64,000 nucleotides of DNA from an uncultured Candidatus Binatia bacterium (GCA_965214905.1 OZ243984.1:2369037-2433036), one strand, 5' to 3'. Positions 9,107-20,239 are shown, numbered from the stretch's first letter. Made by a program: numbers and translations. Notes: generated by a model not told the origin, from the sequence alone.

Positions 9107-10525
9107 ATGCAGGCTTTCGATTACAACGTCATCGTCATCGGCAGCGGTCCGGCGGGTTATGCGGCCGCCCTACAGGCATGCGAGCTGGGCGCCAGGGTGG
9201 CCATCCTGGAGCGGCAGGAGACGTTGGGCGGCGTCACCCTCCTTTCCGGCACCATACCCAGCAAGACCCTGCGTGAGGCGATCCTGTACCTGCGCGGGGT
9301 CCGGCAGCGCCCGTTCTATGGTACGGATTTCACCGAAAGGAAGAACATCACCGTAGCGGATCTGTTCGTTCGCGTGAGAAAAGTGGTCGATCAACGGATG
9401 GCCATGATGGAAGATCGACTCCAGGCGCACCGTGACCGCATCGACGTCTTTCGGGGCTATCACGCCACCGTGGACGGTCCGAACTCGGTGCATGCCTGGA
9501 TCCTGAAGAACCCCATGGAGTCGCTCACCTTGACCGCGGAAAAGATCATCATCGCCGCCGGATCGAGACCTCGCCGCATACCGGACATACCGGTGGACAA
9601 CGAGGTCCTGTTCGATTCCGACTCCGCGTTCACCCTGGAGCTTCAGCGCGAGACTCTGCCCGAATCGCTCATCGTCGTCGGAGCCGGCGTCATCGGCGCG
9701 GAATACGGCTCTGCATTCGCGGTCCTGGGTTGCAACGTGTGGCTGATTCAACACGACCATGAATTCTTCCCCTTTGTCGAACACTCTATCGCGGATATGC
9801 TGATCCGGCGCATGGAGGACTACGGCGTGGAGTTCGTCCGGGGAGCCCGGTATCGGAAGATCGAGCGTACCCCGGAAGGCAAGGCGCGCCTTTGCCTCGC
9901 CGACGGCCGGGTCCTGGAGGCGGACGCCCTGATCGTGGCCAGGGGACGTGAGGTGGCATCCAAGGTCCTCGGTCTGGAGGACGTGGGCGTCGAGGTCACC
10001 GAGCACGGCTTGATCAAGGTCAATGAGTTGTTTCAGACCTCGGTTCCCAGCATCCATGCCGCCGGCGATGTCATCGGGTTTCCGGCGCTGGCGTCCACCA
10101 GCAGCGAGCAGGGCCGCATGGCCGCCAGCTACGCCCTGGGGCGCCGGGGGGGTAGCCGAAGGACGCTGTTTCCCATGTGCATCTATACGATCCCGGAGAT
10201 CGCCATGGTCGGCTATACGCAGCAGGAGTTGGAGGCCAAGGGCATTCCGTACGCCAAGGGGGTGGCCACCTACGAGGAGGTCGCCAAGGCCGGCATCATC
10301 GGCGACCCCCACGGCATGTTGACCCTGTTGTTCGAGCCCAACGGCTGGCATTTGCTGGGCGTGCACATCATCGGAGACCAGGCAGGCGAGTTGATCCACA
10401 TCGGACAGGCCGTGCTGAGCTATAATGGCACCATCGACTACTTCATCGACAACGTTTTCAACTTTCCGACCATGGGCGAAGCGTACAAGATTGCCGCGCT
10501 CAACGGCGTCAGGGAGGTGTCCTGA
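9107..10525 (+). CDS. sthA: Soluble pyridine nucleotide transhydrogenase (Si-specific)
   Basis: GSGPAG, GTIPSKTLRE, GAGVIGAEY, GDVIGFPALASTSSEQGR, ELIHIGQAV, VFNFPTMGEAYKIAALNG. Confidence 0.85.
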   Translation: MQAFDYNVIVIGSGPAGYAAALQACELGARVAILERQETLGGVTLLSGTIPSKTLREAILYLRGVRQRPFYGTDFTERKNITVADLFVRVRKVVDQRMAMMEDRLQAHRDRIDVFRGYHATVDGPNSVHAWILKNPMESLTLTAEKIIIAAGSRPRRIPDIPVDNEVLFDSDSAFTLELQRETLPESLIVVGAGVIGAEYGSAFAVLGCNVWLIQHDHEFFPFVEHSIADMLIRRMEDYGVEFVRGARYRKIERTPEGKARLCLADGRVLEADALIVARGREVASKVLGLEDVGVEVTEHGLIKVNELFQTSVPSIHAAGDVIGFPALASTSSEQGRMAASYALGRRGGSRRTLFPMCIYTIPEIAMVGYTQQELEAKGIPYAKGVATYEEVAKAGIIGDPHGMLTLLFEPNGWHLLGVHIIGDQAGELIHIGQAVLSYNGTIDYFIDNVFNFPTMGEAYKIAALNGVREVS

Positions 10526-10631
10526 TCGGTGGCAGCCGCACACGTTGCAATTCTGGTATGAATGTTGGTATGACTGCGATGGCATGTTTGTTGACAAGTT
10601 TCGTATGGATGAAAATCAAGAGGGGGACGAC

Positions 10632-11834
10632 ATGAAAAACGTGATTGCCGGTATGATTGCCGGTGTTCTTCTGGTTTCCATGCAGGCCGGCGCGGCCCTT
10701 GCTGCGGACGTGAAGCTCGGAGTCGTCTTCGGGTTTACCGGTCCGATCGAATCGCTGACGCCCCCCATGGCCAAAGGCGCCGAGCTTGCGATGACGGAAG
10801 TGAGCGACAGCGGTGCGTTGCTCGGCGGCTTGAAGGTGGTCTCCGTGCGCAGCGACTCGACCTGCGTCGACGCCGCGGCCGCGGTTGCCGCTACCGAGCG
10901 GCTCGTCACCTCCGACAAGGTGAACGCCATTATCGGCGGCGACTGCTCGGGCGTCACCATCGCCATGTTGGAGAACGTGGCCAAGGCCAACGGCATCGTG
11001 ATGATCTCTCCGTCGGCCACCTCACCGGCCCTGTCCACCATCGAGGACGATGGGCTCTTTTTCCGGACGGCCCCGTCCGATGCCCGCCAGGGCGAGATCG
11101 TCGCGGATATTCTGAAGGAGAAAGGGGTCAAGGAGGCGGCGCTGACGTACACCAACAACGACTACGGCAAGGGGCTGGCCGACAGCATCAAGGCCAACGT
11201 GGAGAAGCGCGGAGGCCGCATCACGATTTCCGCGCCGCATGAAGACGGCAAGGGCGATTACAGCGCCGAGGTGGCCGCGCTGGCCGCGGTCGGCGGCGAC
11301 ATCCTGGTGGTGGCCGGGTACCTCGACCAGGGCGGTAAGGGCATCATCCAGGGAGCCCTCGACACCGGCGCCTTCAGTCGGTTCTACCTGCCCGACGGCA
11401 TGGTCGGCGAAGCCTTGATCCAGGCCATCGGCGAGGGACTCGAGGGCGCCATCGGCGCCGCTCCCGGCACCGACAGCCCGGGCGCAACCAGGTTCGAGGA
11501 GATGGCCAAGGCGGCGGGTATCACGGCCGGAGCGGCCGGCCCCTTCGTGGGCGAGGCGTATGACGCGGCAGCCTTGATCCTGCTGGCCATGCAGGCCGCA
11601 GGGTCGGCCGACAGCGGCGCGCTCAAGGAAAAAGTGTTGACGGTCGCCAACGCGCCGGGCGAGAAGATCTATCCGGGAGAGCTCGCCAAGGGGCTCAAGA
11701 TCCTCGCGGCCGGCGGCGACATCGACTATGTCGGAGCCTCGGCAGTGGAGCTGATCGGGCCGGGCGAAAGCGCCGGCAACTACCGCCAGATCATGGTCAA
11801 GGGCGGTAAGCTCGAGACGGTCCGGTTCCGGTAG
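10632..11834 (+). CDS. Branched-chain amino acid-type ABC transporter substrate-binding protein
   Basis: Signal peptide, GFTGPIESL, SPSATSPALS, FFRTAPSDARQG, NNDYGKGL. RBS AGGGGGA. Confidence 0.9.
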   Translation: MKNVIAGMIAGVLLVSMQAGAALAADVKLGVVFGFTGPIESLTPPMAKGAELAMTEVSDSGALLGGLKVVSVRSDSTCVDAAAAVAATERLVTSDKVNAIIGGDCSGVTIAMLENVAKANGIVMISPSATSPALSTIEDDGLFFRTAPSDARQGEIVADILKEKGVKEAALTYTNNDYGKGLADSIKANVEKRGGRITISAPHEDGKGDYSAEVAALAAVGGDILVVAGYLDQGGKGIIQGALDTGAFSRFYLPDGMVGEALIQAIGEGLEGAIGAAPGTDSPGATRFEEMAKAAGITAGAAGPFVGEAYDAAALILLAMQAAGSADSGALKEKVLTVANAPGEKIYPGELAKGLKILAAGGDIDYVGASAVELIGPGESAGNYRQIMVKGGKLETVRFR

Positions 11835-11904
11835 GACCGAGAGTGCACCGGCGGGAAAGGTCCGTGTCCTTTCCCGCCGGCAGGCTGCCAAGGTACCTGC
11901 GTCG

Positions 11905-12687
11905 ATGATCGTCGTAGAAAACCTGCACATGCACTTCGGCGGTATCCGGGCCGTGGACGGCGCCTCCCTCGTCATCGAGCGCGGCGCCGTCACCGGACTC
12001 ATCGGCCCCAACGGCGCCGGCAAGACGACCCTCTTCAACGTCATCGCGGGCGTCCACAAGCCGACCTCCGGAAGAGTCCACCTCGACGGCGAGGACGTCA
12101 CCGGGCTCAGGCCCCACGAGCTCTTCGCCAAGGGCCTCCTCCGCACCTTTCAGATCGCGCACGAATTCTCGACGCTGACGGTGAGGGAAAACCTCATGAC
12201 GGTGCCGGCCGGCCAGTCCGGCGAGCGTCTCCTGGACGTCTGGCTCCGGCCCGGGAAGATCCGCGCCGAGGAGAAGGCGGTCCGCGCCAAGGCGGACGAG
12301 GTCATCGAGTTCCTGAAGCTCGAAGCGGTGGCCGGGGAGCAGGCCGGCAACCTGTCGGGCGGGCAGAAGAAGCTGCTCGAGCTCGGCCGCACGATGATGG
12401 CGGAGCCCCGGGTGGTTCTGCTCGACGAGGTCGGCGCCGGCGTTAACCGCACGTTGTTGAAGGAAATCGCCGGCGCCATCCTGCGTCTCAACCTCCACTA
12501 CGGCTACACGTTCTGCATCATCGAGCACGACATGGAGTTGATCTCGCTGCTGTGCGATCCGGTCATCGTCATGGCCGGGGGGTCCGTGCTGACTCAAGGC
12601 TCGGCCCCCGAGATCCAGTCCGACGAGCGGGTCATCGAAGCCTATCTCGGCAAGGGGCTGGTGACCCGGGAGGAGCGGATGCAATGA
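11905..12687 (+). CDS. livG: Branched-chain amino acid ABC ATPase (LivG-like)
   Basis: GPNGAGKTT, RTFQ, LSGGQKKLLE, LLDE, IEHDM, VIEAYLG. Confidence 0.88.
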   Translation: MIVVENLHMHFGGIRAVDGASLVIERGAVTGLIGPNGAGKTTLFNVIAGVHKPTSGRVHLDGEDVTGLRPHELFAKGLLRTFQIAHEFSTLTVRENLMTVPAGQSGERLLDVWLRPGKIRAEEKAVRAKADEVIEFLKLEAVAGEQAGNLSGGQKKLLELGRTMMAEPRVVLLDEVGAGVNRTLLKEIAGAILRLNLHYGYTFCIIEHDMELISLLCDPVIVMAGGSVLTQGSAPEIQSDERVIEAYLGKGLVTREERMQ

Positions 12688-13388
12688 GCCTGCTGGTGGG
12701 CGAGGAGTTGACGGGAGGCTATGGCGGGCCGGATATTCTGCGCGGCTGCGCCATCGCCGCAGACAGAGGAGAGATCACCGTGGTGGTGGGACCCAACGGC
12801 GCCGGCAAGTCGACGGCCATGAAGGCTCTTTTCGGAATGCTGGAGCTTCGCTCGGGCGCCGTGCGCCTGGACGGCGAGGACATTACGCGGCTGGCGCCCC
12901 AGGCCCGGGCGCGCAAGGGCATGGGTTTCGTACCCCAGACGGACAACGTGTTCCGCTCCATGAGCGTGCAGGAGAACCTGGAGATGGGCGCCTTTGTCCG
13001 GGACGACGACGTCTCCGACACCCTGGAGGAGGTCTACAGCCTGTTCCCGGCACTGAGGGAGAAACGCCGCCAGCCCGCGGGCGAGTTGTCCGGCGGCCAG
13101 CGACAGCAGGTGGCCATCGGCCGGGCGCTGATGAACCGGCCGCGGGTGCTCATGCTCGACGAGCCCTCGGCCGGCGTGTCGCCCATCGTCTCGCGCGAGC
13201 TTTTCGGGCGCATCATCGACATCGCCCAAAGCGGCGTCGCCGTCCTCATCGTCGAGCAGAACGCGCGGCAGGCCCTGGAATTGGCAGACAAGGGTTACGT
13301 GCTGGTACAGGGACGCAACCGCTTTACCGGTACGGGGGCGGTGCTGCTGGGGAACCCCGAGGTCCGGCAGTCGTTTCTGGGGGGGTGA
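12684..13388 (+). CDS. livF: Branched-chain amino acid ABC ATPase (LivF-like)
   Basis: GPNGAGKST, LSGGQRQQ, LDEPSAG, VEQNA, FLGG end. ATGA overlap with livG. Confidence 0.88.
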   Translation: MSLLVGEELTGGYGGPDILRGCAIAADRGEITVVVGPNGAGKSTAMKALFGMLELRSGAVRLDGEDITRLAPQARARKGMGFVPQTDNVFRSMSVQENLEMGAFVRDDDVSDTLEEVYSLFPALREKRRQPAGELSGGQRQQVAIGRALMNRPRVLMLDEPSAGVSPIVSRELFGRIIDIAQSGVAVLIVEQNARQALELADKGYVLVQGRNRFTGTGAVLLGNPEVRQSFLGG

Positions 13389-13391
13389 CCG

Positions 13392-14405
13392 TTGGAAAGC
13401 GCCGTCAATGCGGTTGTGCTGCTCACCAATTTCCTGTTCGTTCCCGCCACCGCCTACGGCTGCCAGCTTGCCCTCGGCGCCCTTGGGGTCACGCTGGTGT
13501 ACGGCGTCCTGCGCTTCTCCAACTTCGCCCACGGCGAGATCATGGCGTTCGGCGCCATGATCACGATACTCGTCACCTGGCTCCTGCAGACCTGGAACGT
13601 AGGCATCGGCCCGCTGCCCACGGCGGTGCTGGCCTTGCCCGCGGCGATGCTGGTCACCGCCGGCCTCTGCCTCCTGACGGACCGCTGGGTCTATCGGTTC
13701 TACCGTCGGACGAAAGCGCCGCCGGTCATCCTGCTCGTGGTCTCGGTGGGGGTCATGTTCCTGATCCACGGGCTCATACGCCTGGTCATCGGCCCGGAGG
13801 ATCGGGTCTTCACCGACGGGACGCGCTTCCTGGTCACGGCGGGACAGTTCAAGTCTTTTACGGGACTCGCCGAGGGCTTGGCCGTCAAGACCACCCAGAT
13901 CCTCAGCGTCGTGGTGGCGGTCGTCCTCGTGGCCGCGCTCTTCTGGTTCCTGGACAGGACGCGCACCGGCAAGTCCATGCGCGCCTATTCGGACAACGAG
14001 GACCTGGCCCTTCTGTCCGGCATCAACCCGGAACGAGTGGTGGCGGTCACCTGGATGATCGTCGGCGCCCTTGCGGCCGTGGCGGGGACGCTGTACGGCC
14101 TCGACAAGAGCTTCAAGCCGTTCACCTATCTGTCGCTTCTCCTGCCGGTGTTCGCCGCCGCCATCGTCGGCGGTATCGGCAACCCGCTGGGCGCCATCGC
14201 AGGGGGCTTCGTGGTGGCCTTCTCGGAGGTGCTGCTCACGTATCCCTACCGGAAGTTCCTGACCTATCTGGGGCCGGAGGGCTGGCGGCCGGAAGGTCTC
14301 GTTCAGTTTCTTTCCACCGACTACAAGTTCGCCGTGTCTTTCTTCATCCTGGTGGTGGTGCTGCTGGTGAGGCCCACCGGCATCTTCAGCGGGAAGTCCC
14401 CATGA
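13392..14405 (+). CDS. livH: Branched-chain amino acid ABC permease (LivH-like)
   Basis: GVTLVYGVLRFSNFAHGE, GKSMRAYSDN, AAIVGGIGN, RPTGIF. Confidence 0.88.
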   Translation: MESAVNAVVLLTNFLFVPATAYGCQLALGALGVTLVYGVLRFSNFAHGEIMAFGAMITILVTWLLQTWNVGIGPLPTAVLALPAAMLVTAGLCLLTDRWVYRFYRRTKAPPVILLVVSVGVMFLIHGLIRLVIGPEDRVFTDGTRFLVTAGQFKSFTGLAEGLAVKTTQILSVVVAVVLVAALFWFLDRTRTGKSMRAYSDNEDLALLSGINPERVVAVTWMIVGALAAVAGTLYGLDKSFKPFTYLSLLLPVFAAAIVGGIGNPLGAIAGGFVVAFSEVLLTYPYRKFLTYLGPEGWRPEGLVQFLSTDYKFAVSFFILVVVLLVRPTGIFSGKSP

Positions 14406-15763
14406 CCGATGGTTTCGCAAGCGAGGGGCGGTTTCCCGCCGGCATCGGCCGGGTCCTGCGGGCTCCCCGCAAGCCCGCCCTGTTCGCCGTCATGGCGGCG
14501 CTCATCTGCCTTGTGGGCCTGGTGCAGAGTTGGTCTTCGGCGCTGGCGATCCTCAACCTGTGCCTGGTCTCGGCGATCATGACGCTCGGGGTGAACATCC
14601 AGTGGGGCTATGCGGGCCTGTTCAACGCCGGCATCATGGGGTTTGCCGCCCTGGGGGGGCTGGCGGGGGTTCTGGTCTCCATGCCCCCGGTGACCGAGGC
14701 CTGGCAGGCCGGCGGCGCCGGCATGGTGCTGACCCTTGTCTTTGCGTTGCTCATCATTCTCGGCGCGGTCTACACCCATCGGCTCGTCAGGCAGCCACGG
14801 TACCGGAAGTTCGCCGTGGCGCTGGTCCTGCTCGTCGGTTATCTCGCGGTCCGGCAGGTGTTCGAGCCGGCGGTGCGGGCAATCGAATCGGTGAATCCCA
14901 CCCGAACCGGCTACCTCGGCGGGCTTGGCCTTCCCATCATCCTTTCCTGGCTCGCGGGTGGCGCGTTCGCCGCGGGTGCGGGCTGGCTCGTGGGGAGGAT
15001 TTCTCTCGGCCTGCGTTCCGACTATCTCGCCATCGCGACCCTGGGCATTTCCGAGATCATCATCGCTTTCCTCAAGTACGAGGAATGGCTCGCCCGGGGG
15101 GTGAAGAACGTCACCGGCCTGCCGCGCCCGGTTCCTTACGAGGTGGATCTGCAGAGCGCCTTGTGGTTCCGGGAATGGGCCGCAAGCCTTGGGGTGCCGC
15201 ACGTGGATCTCTCGTCCATCGTGGTGAAGCTCTGCTATGCGGGCCTTTTCGCGCTCGTGCTCGTCATCCTGATGTGGCTTTCCGAAGCCGCGTGGCGCGC
15301 GCCCTGGGGACGGATGATGCGGGCGATCCGGGACAACGAGACGGCTGCCGGCGCCATGGGAAAGGACGTGACCGCCAGGCATCTGCAAGTCTTCGTGCTC
15401 GGCTCCACCGTGGTCGGTATCGCCGGCGCCATGCTGGCGACCATCGACGGGCAGTTCACCCCCAACGCCTACCAGCCGCTGCGCTTCACCTTTCTTATCT
15501 GGGTCATGGTCATCGTCGGCGGCTCCGGCAACAACTGGGGCGCCGTCCTCGGCGGTTTCGTGGTCTGGTACTTCTGGGTGGAAGCCGAGCCCATGGGCCT
15601 GTGGTTGATGGAGATCATCACCTCTCCCCTGTCCCCGGACAGCCCGGTCAGAAGCCACCTGATGGAGAGCGCCGCCCACATGCGTCTGGTGGTCATGGGC
15701 CTGGTGCTCCTGCTGGTCCTGCGCTTCGCTCCGCGCGGCCTGATCCCGGAGGAACGCCGCTAG
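14402..15763 (+). CDS. livM: Branched-chain amino acid ABC permease (LivM-like)
   Basis: NIQWGYAGLFNAG, LRSDYLAIATLG, GRMMRAIRDNE, VIVGGSGN, PRGLIPE. Confidence 0.88.
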   Translation: MTDGFASEGRFPAGIGRVLRAPRKPALFAVMAALICLVGLVQSWSSALAILNLCLVSAIMTLGVNIQWGYAGLFNAGIMGFAALGGLAGVLVSMPPVTEAWQAGGAGMVLTLVFALLIILGAVYTHRLVRQPRYRKFAVALVLLVGYLAVRQVFEPAVRAIESVNPTRTGYLGGLGLPIILSWLAGGAFAAGAGWLVGRISLGLRSDYLAIATLGISEIIIAFLKYEEWLARGVKNVTGLPRPVPYEVDLQSALWFREWAASLGVPHVDLSSIVVKLCYAGLFALVLVILMWLSEAAWRAPWGRMMRAIRDNETAAGAMGKDVTARHLQVFVLGSTVVGIAGAMLATIDGQFTPNAYQPLRFTFLIWVMVIVGGSGNNWGAVLGGFVVWYFWVEAEPMGLWLMEIITSPLSPDSPVRSHLMESAAHMRLVVMGLVLLLVLRFAPRGLIPEERR

Positions 15764-15936
15764 GAGTCTGCCGGACTTGGCAAGAATCTACTGCGAGGCA
15801 CGGAAATGGGTCCATTTTCATGCCTCTCGCTACGATTCGCCAAATCCGACAGGCTCCTGGGGATTCTTTTTCGGACCGTTTGTCCGGTCGAGGATTCGAC
15901 GCTATGTCTAAAGAAATTCTCCAAGGGAGGTCATTG

Positions 15937-16965
15937 ATGAGAAGTTTGTTACGGGGGTTGTCGGGCGGCATCGCCGCCGCGGTGCTGATGGCGGCATCGG
16001 CGGCGTCAGCAGGTACTCTGGACGACGTCCGCAATCGCGGGCATCTGATATGCGGCATCAACACGGGCCTCGTGGGCTTTGCGGCTCCGGACGACAAGGG
16101 CGTGTGGCGCGGCTTCGACGTGGACGTGTGCCGGGCCGTGGCTGCTGCCGTGTTGGGCGACGCGGGCAAGGTGAAATACAAGAATCTGACCGGCAAGACG
16201 CGGTTCACCGCATTGCGCTCCGGCGAGATCGACATGCTCTCGCGCAACACCACGTGGACCTTCAGCCGGGACGTGGACCTGCAGCTCACCTTCGTGGGAG
16301 TGAACTACTACGACGGACAGGGCTTCATGGTCCCGAAGAAGCTCGGGGTCAAGTCGGCCAGGGAGCTTGCCGGGGCGTCCATCTGCATCCAGACGGGAAC
16401 TACCACCGAGCTCAACCTCGCGGACTTCTTTCGCGCCAACAACATGAAGTACGAGCCGGTGCCCATCGAGACCAACAGTGAAGCGCGGACCAATTATCTG
16501 GCCGGCCGTTGCGACGTCTATACCACCGATCGCTCCGGTCTTGCGGCGACCCGGGCCGCGCTCGACGATCCGGAGGCCCATGTCGTACTGCCCGAGGTCA
16601 TTTCCAAGGAACCGTTGGGTCCTCTGGTGCGCCACGGCGACGACCAGTGGGCGGACATCGTCCGCTGGACGCTCAACGCCATGATCGCGGCGGAAGAAAT
16701 GGGCGTGACGTCGAAAAACGTGAAGCAGATGGCGGCGGGCGCCAAGAACCCGGAAATCAACCGTCTGCTCGGCAAGGAGGAGTTGCAGGGCCGCGAGGCG
16801 CTGGGGCTGTCCAAGGACTGGGCGGTCAACGTCATCGCGCAGGCGGGCAACTACGGCGAGTCTTTCGAGACCCATCTCGGCAAGCAGACGCCCATCGGCC
16901 TCGACCGGGGAGTCAACGCGCAGTGGACGGATGGCGGCCTGATCTACGCCCCGCCTTTCCGCTAG
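15937..16965 (+). CDS. aapJ: General L-amino acid ABC substrate-binding protein (AapJ/BztA)
   Basis: GTLDDVRNRGHLICG, GFDVDVCRAVAAA, RNTTWT, GTTTELNLADFF, ISKEPLGP, GGLIYAPPFR. RBS GGGAGG. Confidence 0.9.
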   Translation: MRSLLRGLSGGIAAAVLMAASAASAGTLDDVRNRGHLICGINTGLVGFAAPDDKGVWRGFDVDVCRAVAAAVLGDAGKVKYKNLTGKTRFTALRSGEIDMLSRNTTWTFSRDVDLQLTFVGVNYYDGQGFMVPKKLGVKSARELAGASICIQTGTTTELNLADFFRANNMKYEPVPIETNSEARTNYLAGRCDVYTTDRSGLAATRAALDDPEAHVVLPEVISKEPLGPLVRHGDDQWADIVRWTLNAMIAAEEMGVTSKNVKQMAAGAKNPEINRLLGKEELQGREALGLSKDWAVNVIAQAGNYGESFETHLGKQTPIGLDRGVNAQWTDGGLIYAPPFR

Positions 16966-16979
16966 GAGGTTTCGCATCA

Positions 16980-17014
16980 GCGTGAGCCGTATGGACCATC
17001 CGTACGGCTCACGC
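16980..17014 (+). terminator. Intergenic stem-loop between aapJ and aapQ (mRNA stabiliser or attenuator)
   Basis: GCGTGAGCCGTATGGA-cca-TCCGTACGGCTCACGC forms a 16-bp stem with one G-U pair. No U-tract follows. Confidence 0.55.
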
Positions 17015-17031
17015 CGGATACGATACCGGGC

Positions 17032-18240
17032 GTGGTGAAACTCCCCGACAGATCCGGCGCGGCGTCGGGCTCCGGGCGGAGCGCGTCGCGTTTGTGGCGC
17101 GACGAGGCCGTGCGCGGCGTCGTGATTCAGGTCCTGGTGCTACTCGCCGTCTTTGCATCGGCGGCATGGGTGATCGGGAACGTCGTCGCCAACTTCGCCA
17201 TGCTCGACAAGACGTTCGGGTTCGGCTTCCTCTGGCGGCTGCCCGCCAACTATGACATCAACCAGACCCTGATCGAATACAGCAACCGGGACACCCACCT
17301 GCGCGCGGCGCTCGTGGGCCTGATCAACACGGGCCTCGTGGCCTTGCTCGGGATCGTATCGGCCACCGTGCTCGGGTTTTTGGTCGGCATACTCAGACTG
17401 TCGGACAACTGGCTGGTTTCGCGCCTTGCCTACTGCTACGTCGAGTTCACCCGCAACACGCCCGTGCTGCTGCTCATCCTGCTCTGGCACGGGGTCATCA
17501 TCAACACGTTGCCGCATCCGCGGCAGGCCCTGGCCATCGGCGACGCCGCGTTTCTGACCAACCGGGGCTTCTACGTTCCCAGGCCCATGTTCGAGTCCGG
17601 GTTCGAATGGGTTGCCATGGCCGTGGTTGCGGCGCTGGCGGCCGCGGTTCTCGCGCGCCGTTACGTTCGCCGCGTTCGGGAGGCCACCGGCCGCCAGCTT
17701 CCCGGGGGCTGGATCGCTGCGGCCCTGATCGTCGGACTGCCGGCGATTACCTTCGTCGCCGCGGGTGCCGAACTGTCCTTCGATATGCCGGCGCTCAGGG
17801 GCTTCAATTTCCGCGGCGGTCTCTACCTGACTCCCGAGTTGGTGGCGCTGACCTGGGCGCTGGCGTTCTATACCTCCGGTTTCATCGCCGAGAACGTCCG
17901 CGCCGGCATACTCGCCGTCGACAAGGGCCAGATCGAAGCCGCGCAGTCGGTGGGGCTTTCACGCCGGCGCGTTCTCAGGCTCGTGATCCTGCCTCAGGCG
18001 TTGCGGGTGATTATCCCGCCGCTCACGTCCTCCTACCTCGATCTCACCAAGAACTCGTCCCTTGCCATCGCCATCGGCTATATGGACCTGGTGGCGACCT
18101 TGGGCGGGATCACCCTGAATCAGACGGGGCGGGAGATCGAGACCATGATGCTGGTCATGCTCGTCTATCTGGCCCTTTCCCTGGCGATTTCCGTGTTCAT
18201 GAACTGGTACAACCGGCGGGTCCGGCTGGTGGAGCGTTGA
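17032..18240 (+). CDS. aapQ: Amino acid ABC permease (AapQ/BztB)
   Basis: FGFGFL, GILRLSDNWL, RNTPVLL, AENVRAGI, LTKNSSLAIAIGY, MNWYNRR. Confidence 0.88.
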   Translation: MVKLPDRSGAASGSGRSASRLWRDEAVRGVVIQVLVLLAVFASAAWVIGNVVANFAMLDKTFGFGFLWRLPANYDINQTLIEYSNRDTHLRAALVGLINTGLVALLGIVSATVLGFLVGILRLSDNWLVSRLAYCYVEFTRNTPVLLLILLWHGVIINTLPHPRQALAIGDAAFLTNRGFYVPRPMFESGFEWVAMAVVAALAAAVLARRYVRRVREATGRQLPGGWIAAALIVGLPAITFVAAGAELSFDMPALRGFNFRGGLYLTPELVALTWALAFYTSGFIAENVRAGILAVDKGQIEAAQSVGLSRRRVLRLVILPQALRVIIPPLTSSYLDLTKNSSLAIAIGYMDLVATLGGITLNQTGREIETMMLVMLVYLALSLAISVFMNWYNRRVRLVER

Positions 18241-19361
18241 TGTCCCTTCCCGCGACCGCACCCCCGACGTATCCGCCCGGACAGCACCCGGACCTGCCGC
18301 CGCCGCCCGGCTCCAGCGGCTTCATCGGCTGGCTGCGGGCCAACCTGTTCTCCTCCGTGTTCAACACGGCGCTGACCCTCGTTTCCGCGTGGCTGATCTA
18401 CGAGTTCGTGACCGCCGCCATCGACTGGTTCGTGCTGGAGTCGGTGGTGAACGCCGAGTCCCGCGTCGATTGTCGCCGGCAGGGCGACGGCGCCTGCTGG
18501 GCGGTGATCGCCACGCGCATCGACCAGTTCGTCTACGGCTTCTATCCCGAAAGCGAGCGCTGGCGTCCCATCCTGACTTTCGTCCTGCTGTTCCCCGCCC
18601 TGGCGCCGATTCTGTTCGACCGCACGCCCTTTCGCCGTCGGATGCTGTGGTTCTCCCTGGCCTACCCCGCGGTGGGCGCCTGGCTGATCTACGGCGGTCT
18701 CGGCCTTCCGGTCGTGGACATGGACTTCTACGGCGGGTTCCTGCTGACGATGATCCTGGGCGTCACCGGAATCGTGGCCTCTCTTCCCCTCGGTATCCTC
18801 CTCGCTCTCGGGAGGCAATCGCGCCTCCTCGCCATCCGGGTCCTTTGCACCACCTTCATCGAGGTGCTGCGCGGCGTGCCGCTGATCACGCTGCTGTTCA
18901 TCGCCTCCACCATGCTCAACTATTTCCTGCCCCCCGGGACCAACTTCAATCTCCTGTTCCGGGTGCTGATCATGGTCACGCTCTTTGCCGCCGCCTACAT
19001 CGCCGAAGCCGTCCGCGGCGGGTTGCAGGCCATTCCCCGGGGCCAGTACGAGGCCGCGGACGCCCTCGGTCTGTCCTACTGGAAGACCACCTGGCTGATC
19101 ACGCTGCCGCAGGCCCTCAAGATCTCCATACCCGGCATCGTCAACGTCTTCATCGGGCTTTACAAAGACAGCACGCTGGTAGTAATTATCGGCCTGTTGG
19201 ACCCTCTCGGCGTGGCCCGGGCCGTCCTCGCGGACGCCAAATGGAACGGGCTGTCGAACGAGACCTATCTTTTCATCGCGCTCTTCTTCTTCATCAGTTG
19301 CTTCGCCATGTCTCGTTACTCTCTTTGGCTCGAAGGACGTCTGAGCGTGGATCACCGCTAG
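18240..19361 (+). CDS. aapM: Amino acid ABC permease (AapM/BztC)
   Basis: [46 protein letters not shown]. Confidence 0.88.
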   Translation: MSLPATAPPTYPPGQHPDLPPPPGSSGFIGWLRANLFSSVFNTALTLVSAWLIYEFVTAAIDWFVLESVVNAESRVDCRRQGDGACWAVIATRIDQFVYGFYPESERWRPILTFVLLFPALAPILFDRTPFRRRMLWFSLAYPAVGAWLIYGGLGLPVVDMDFYGGFLLTMILGVTGIVASLPLGILLALGRQSRLLAIRVLCTTFIEVLRGVPLITLLFIASTMLNYFLPPGTNFNLLFRVLIMVTLFAAAYIAEAVRGGLQAIPRGQYEAADALGLSYWKTTWLITLPQALKISIPGIVNVFIGLYKDSTLVVIIGLLDPLGVARAVLADAKWNGLSNETYLFIALFFFISCFAMSRYSLWLEGRLSVDHR

Positions 19362-19371
19362 CCCTTTCGCC

Positions 19372-20160
19372 ATGGCTGCCATCGACGACGACATTGACCG
19401 CATTCGATCCTCCATCGATCCCGCGAAGGCGATGGTGGAGATCGAGAGCATGAACAAATGGTTCGGCGCCTTTCACGTGCTCAAGAACATCAATCTGCGG
19501 GTCATCGAGGGGGAGCGCATCGTCATCTGCGGACCGTCCGGCTCCGGCAAATCGACCCTGATTCGTTGCATCAACCGGCTCGAGGTCTATCAGCAGGGCG
19601 TCGTTCGGGTGGACGGCACCGAATTGACGCGGGACGTCAAGAACATCGAGCAGATCCGTTCCGAGGTCGGCATGGTGTTCCAGCACTTCAATCTGTTTCC
19701 CCACCTGACCGTGCTGGAGAACTGCACCCTCGGGCCGACATGGGTGCGCAAGCTGCCCAGGCGCGAGGCCGAGGACGTCGCCCGCCGGTATCTGGCGCGC
19801 GTGCGCATTCCCGAGCAGGCCGACAAGTATCCGGGCCAGCTTTCCGGCGGCCAGCAGCAGCGCGTGGCCATTGCGCGGGCGCTGTGCATGCAACCCAGGA
19901 TCATGCTGTTCGACGAACCCACCTCCGCGCTCGACCCCGAGATGATCAAGGAAGTGCTCGACACGATGATCGAGCTGGCGGAAAGCGGCATGACCATGCT
20001 GGTGGTGACCCACGAGATGGGCTTCGCCCGCCGGGCCGCCGACCGGGTGATCTTCATGGACGGCGGCGAGATCATCGAGGAGAACACCCCGAACCAGTTC
20101 TTCGCCCAACCGCAACACGACCGTACCAAGCTGTTCCTCAGCCAGATCCTGTCGCACTGA
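19372..20160 (+). CDS. aapP: Amino acid ABC ATPase (AapP/BztD)
   Basis: [42 protein letters not shown]. Confidence 0.92.
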   Translation: MAAIDDDIDRIRSSIDPAKAMVEIESMNKWFGAFHVLKNINLRVIEGERIVICGPSGSGKSTLIRCINRLEVYQQGVVRVDGTELTRDVKNIEQIRSEVGMVFQHFNLFPHLTVLENCTLGPTWVRKLPRREAEDVARRYLARVRIPEQADKYPGQLSGGQQQRVAIARALCMQPRIMLFDEPTSALDPEMIKEVLDTMIELAESGMTMLVVTHEMGFARRAADRVIFMDGGEIIEENTPNQFFAQPQHDRTKLFLSQILSH

Positions 20161-20239
20161 GCCGCAGGCGGCCGCGCCTGAATTTCACACGCTTCTGTGT
20201 TAGGTTCGTTGGAATCTTCGCCGCAAAGGGGCCGGGATC

